DNA of 64,000 bases from an uncultured cyanobacterium. Lineage in GTDB: Bacteria > Cyanobacteriota > Cyanobacteriia > Cyanobacteriales > CAWCAG01. Numbering within the stretch: the stretch's first letter is position 1; each line of letters starts with the position of its first letter. A program made the translations under genes and the position numbers. The notes below the pieces were generated by a model. It had not been told where the DNA came from. It searched no databases and saw only the letters and a program-made list of their open reading frames with translations. Of this stretch, positions 61,285 through 64,000 are shown one piece after another. The stretch is from positions 480,001 to 544,000 of the forward strand of contig CAWDOD010000010.1 of NCBI GenBank assembly GCA_963803805.1, given 5' to 3'.

Positions 61285-62585
61285 TTACAAACCAGCTAAA
61301 ACTTCCTTTGCCGCAGCTATAGTTTGCTCCACATCTTCCTCACTATGAGCCAAAGAAGTAAAACCAGCTTCAAATTGAGAAGGTGCAAGATAAATGCCTC
61401 TTTCCAACATTCCTCGGTGGAAACGACTGAACTTTTCTAAATCAGACTTTTTAGCATCGTCGTAATTTTTTACCTTTTCTCCGGTAAAAAACATACCAAA
61501 CATGGCGCTAATTTGACCACCAGAAACTTCATGCCCCGCTTCTTTCGCAGCGCTCAAAAGCCCTTCGCTTAATCTTTTAGTAATCTTGTCCAACTGTTCG
61601 TAAGTTCCTGGCTTTTTCAGCAACTTCAAAGTTTCAATCCCGGCTGTCATTGCTAAAGGATTACCGGAAAGGGTTCCCGCTTGATACATTGGCCCAGCCG
61701 GAGCTACCATAGCCATAATATCGGCTCTACCCCCATAAGCACCCACTGGCAGCCCACCACCAATAACTTTACCCAAAGTGGTTAAGTCGGGAGTGACACC
61801 AAATTTAGCTTGCGCCCCACCATAGGAGATACGGAAACCGGTCATCACTTCATCAAAAACCAGTAATGCACCGTATTCTTTGGTTAATTCTCGTAAACCT
61901 TCGAGGAAACCAGGTTCAGGGACAACAAAGCCAGAATTACCTACCACAGGCTCTAAAATTACCCCGGAGATGTCTTCAGGATTTTCTTCAAAAAGCTTTC
62001 TGACTGCTTCTAAGTCATTGTAGGGAGCGGTCAAAGTATTGGCAGTGGTAGACTTAGGAACTCCAGGAGAATCTGGCAAACCTAAAGTCGCAACTCCAGA
62101 ACCCGCTTGTACGAGAAACATATCGGCATGACCATGATAGCAGCCTGCAAATTTAATGAGCTTATTTCTACCTGTGAAGGCTCGCATCAGGCGTAAAACT
62201 GCCATACAAGCTTCTGTTCCCGAATTGACAAACCGCACCATCTCGACGCTAGGAACAGCATCTATGACCATTTCCGCGAGAACATTTTCTAGGACGCAAG
62301 GCGCACCAAAACTAGTACCCTTATCTAAAGCCTTGTGTAGAGCAGCAATCACATCCGGATGGGCATGACCACAGATTGCAGGACCCAAGTTCCGACATAA
62401 TCTATATACTTGTTACCATCAATATCCCAAACATAAGCACCTTCGACTTTATCAAATACTATTGGCTGTCCGCCGACGGATTTAAAAGCTCTAACTGGGG
62501 AACTAACACCTCCAGGCATTAGTTTTTGGGCCGCAGTGAAAATTTCTTCTGATTTAGTGGTTTTTAAAGAAGTAGTCGCAACCAA
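61285..62585 (-). CDS. hemL: Glutamate-1-semialdehyde 2,1-aminomutase, split by a 1-nt frameshift at about 62385
   Basis: [12 protein letters not shown]...YIDYVGTW then [10 protein letters not shown] in another frame; [26 protein letters not shown]. Confidence 0.95.
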
Positions 62586-62788
62586 TTTTATCTCCTTGCC
62601 TGAGTTATTAATAATTGCCTTTCAATTTCTTTAGTTTACAACTTTTTACCACAACAATAAACCAAGGGAATTATTGTCGGCGAATAAGGTAAAAAACTTA
62701 ACATTTCTTGAAAAGTAAACTGTTATATCAAATTTTTCTAAATTAATGATTTAAAGTTGATTTTAGCTCGTTATTATTAGTAGATTTT

Positions 62789-63508
62789 ATGTTGCCAAAA
62801 TTTCCCCAACCTTATCAACCTCTGTTACTTCGTATTCTTCACAGTTTAACAGGATTATTCGCGATCGCAGCTATTCTTACTGCTTTTTGGACTTACAATA
62901 CTTATGATGGGCGTTGGGGAAAGATCCCCTTACCTGAATTTAGAGAAATCGAAGGGATTCATGGCACATTCGGATTGTGGACGTTACTGGTTTTTCCTCT
63001 TTTTGTTATCTACGCTTTTAATCGAGGAAAGCAAAGATTAATCCAGAAAGATTCTTTTGCTCAACTAACTCGATTTGGGCAACAAATTTGGTGGTACAAT
63101 TTGCATCGTTTGATTAATACGTTGACCATCTTCGGAGTGACTTTTGCTGTCTTTTCAGGCAAGATGATGGACGAAAAGTGGCTGCCTAAAGGTGAAGTTG
63201 ATCATGGTTGGTACTATGCCCATCTTATTTCTTGGCTTATTTTAGTTAGTTGTATTGCACTGCATTTGTTGATGAGCATTAAAGTTGGCGGGATACCTTT
63301 GATTTTATCAATGACTCATTGGCGGTTTCATAGTAAGGATAGTCCTACTTTATGGCGCAAACACTTTTCTGATTGGCGTTCTAACTTTAGTTTCAGCACA
63401 ATTAAGCAATGGCTATTATCTCTTGATTCTCTTGGTTTTTTAGAAGTTTTTATCTTAACGGCTATTGCTCTGGCTTGGATAATTTCACTAACCAAAGAAT
63501 TAACCTAG
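62789..63508 (+). CDS. Cytochrome b/b6 domain membrane protein
   Basis: PYQPLLLRILH, IHG..G, WYYAH, ALH: four His in TM helices. Confidence 0.85.
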   Translation: MLPKFPQPYQPLLLRILHSLTGLFAIAAILTAFWTYNTYDGRWGKIPLPEFREIEGIHGTFGLWTLLVFPLFVIYAFNRGKQRLIQKDSFAQLTRFGQQIWWYNLHRLINTLTIFGVTFAVFSGKMMDEKWLPKGEVDHGWYYAHLISWLILVSCIALHLLMSIKVGGIPLILSMTHWRFHSKDSPTLWRKHFSDWRSNFSFSTIKQWLLSLDSLGFLEVFILTAIALAWIISLTKELT

Positions 63509-63557
63509 TCAATAAACCATCGCTTATTACCTATGACTTATTACTTATCACTTATAT

Positions 63558-64000
63558 TCACCCTCGCCACCGCAACACTCTACCCTTAACCGGATTAACA
63601 AAGGGTCTATTTTCTTCTCTAGATTTAGAAAATTCAGCCTTCAAGCGATAATACCAAATTGCTTGGGTATCAGCATCATGAATTAAAGTTAAGTTGGGGT
63701 CATATTTTAAGCCTTCTTGCTGTTTAATTACTACGTCACGATCTTGTTTTAAAAATGCTTGAGCAGGAAATTTTAAAACTGGTTTAAGAGGGGTTAACCA
63801 AGGTATATCCCAATAGGCTAAGAAAGTTACTTCAGTTTCCTGATCTGATAAAGGAGTTACAGCGGTAAGATTAGATAACTTATGACGCTTGTTGGTGATA
63901 TTTTCAATGCGAATTCCTGGTAATTGAAAAGATATTTCTACCTCTGGTGCGCCACCGATGATACTATAGCCAAGGGCTAGGTTTTCGTTGTGGTGTTTGC
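63558..64000 (-). CDS. C-terminal part of a Rieske non-heme iron oxygenase alpha subunit (5' end outside window)
   Basis: Hand-translated EISFQLPGIRIE...AVTPLSDQETE...FLKQDRDVVIKQQEGL...DADTQAIWY...VLRWRG*. Confidence 0.75.
   Translation of the reverse strand, partial: KHHNENLALGYSIIGGAPEVEISFQLPGIRIENITNKRHKLSNLTAVTPLSDQETEVTFLAYWDIPWLTPLKPVLKFPAQAFLKQDRDVVIKQQEGLKYDPNLTLIHDADTQAIWYYRLKAEFSKSREENRPFVNPVKGRVLRWRG

Overview
AT-rich cyanobacterial chromosome segment, supported by frequent HIP1 octamers (GCGATCGC), heptamer STRR tracts, ftrC, pmgA and a groESL operon with CIRCE and K-box. Most of the window is housekeeping and signalling: polA, lptA/lptB/lptF-G, ispE, rsmA, mazG, groESL, hemL, phoX, tRNA-Val, several kinases and cyclases, and a cellulose synthase. 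Accessory elements are scattered through it: (1) a solitary myxobacterial-type retron reverse transcriptase (13719-15122) with no effector gene and no room for an upstream msr-msd RNA; (2) an orphan type I-D-like CRISPR mini-array with 4 repeats, 3 spacers, a full leader and no cas genes; (3) a small secreted PatX-like peptide with a variant RGGTGRR motif, divergent from a phosphorothioation-associated methyltransferase; (4) a secreted Pro/Asn tandem-repeat protein next to the cellulose synthase; (5) several different short elements bounded by terminal inverted repeats (TIRs) that carry STRR heptamers; (6) a HicB-like/VapC pair with a nonsense-inactivated toxin between rsmA and ispE; (7) a small-gene islet between groESL and hemL. 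hemL has a 1-nt homopolymer frameshift that is probably an assembly error, so other frameshifts need caution. All family assignments come from motif recognition by eye; no searches were run.
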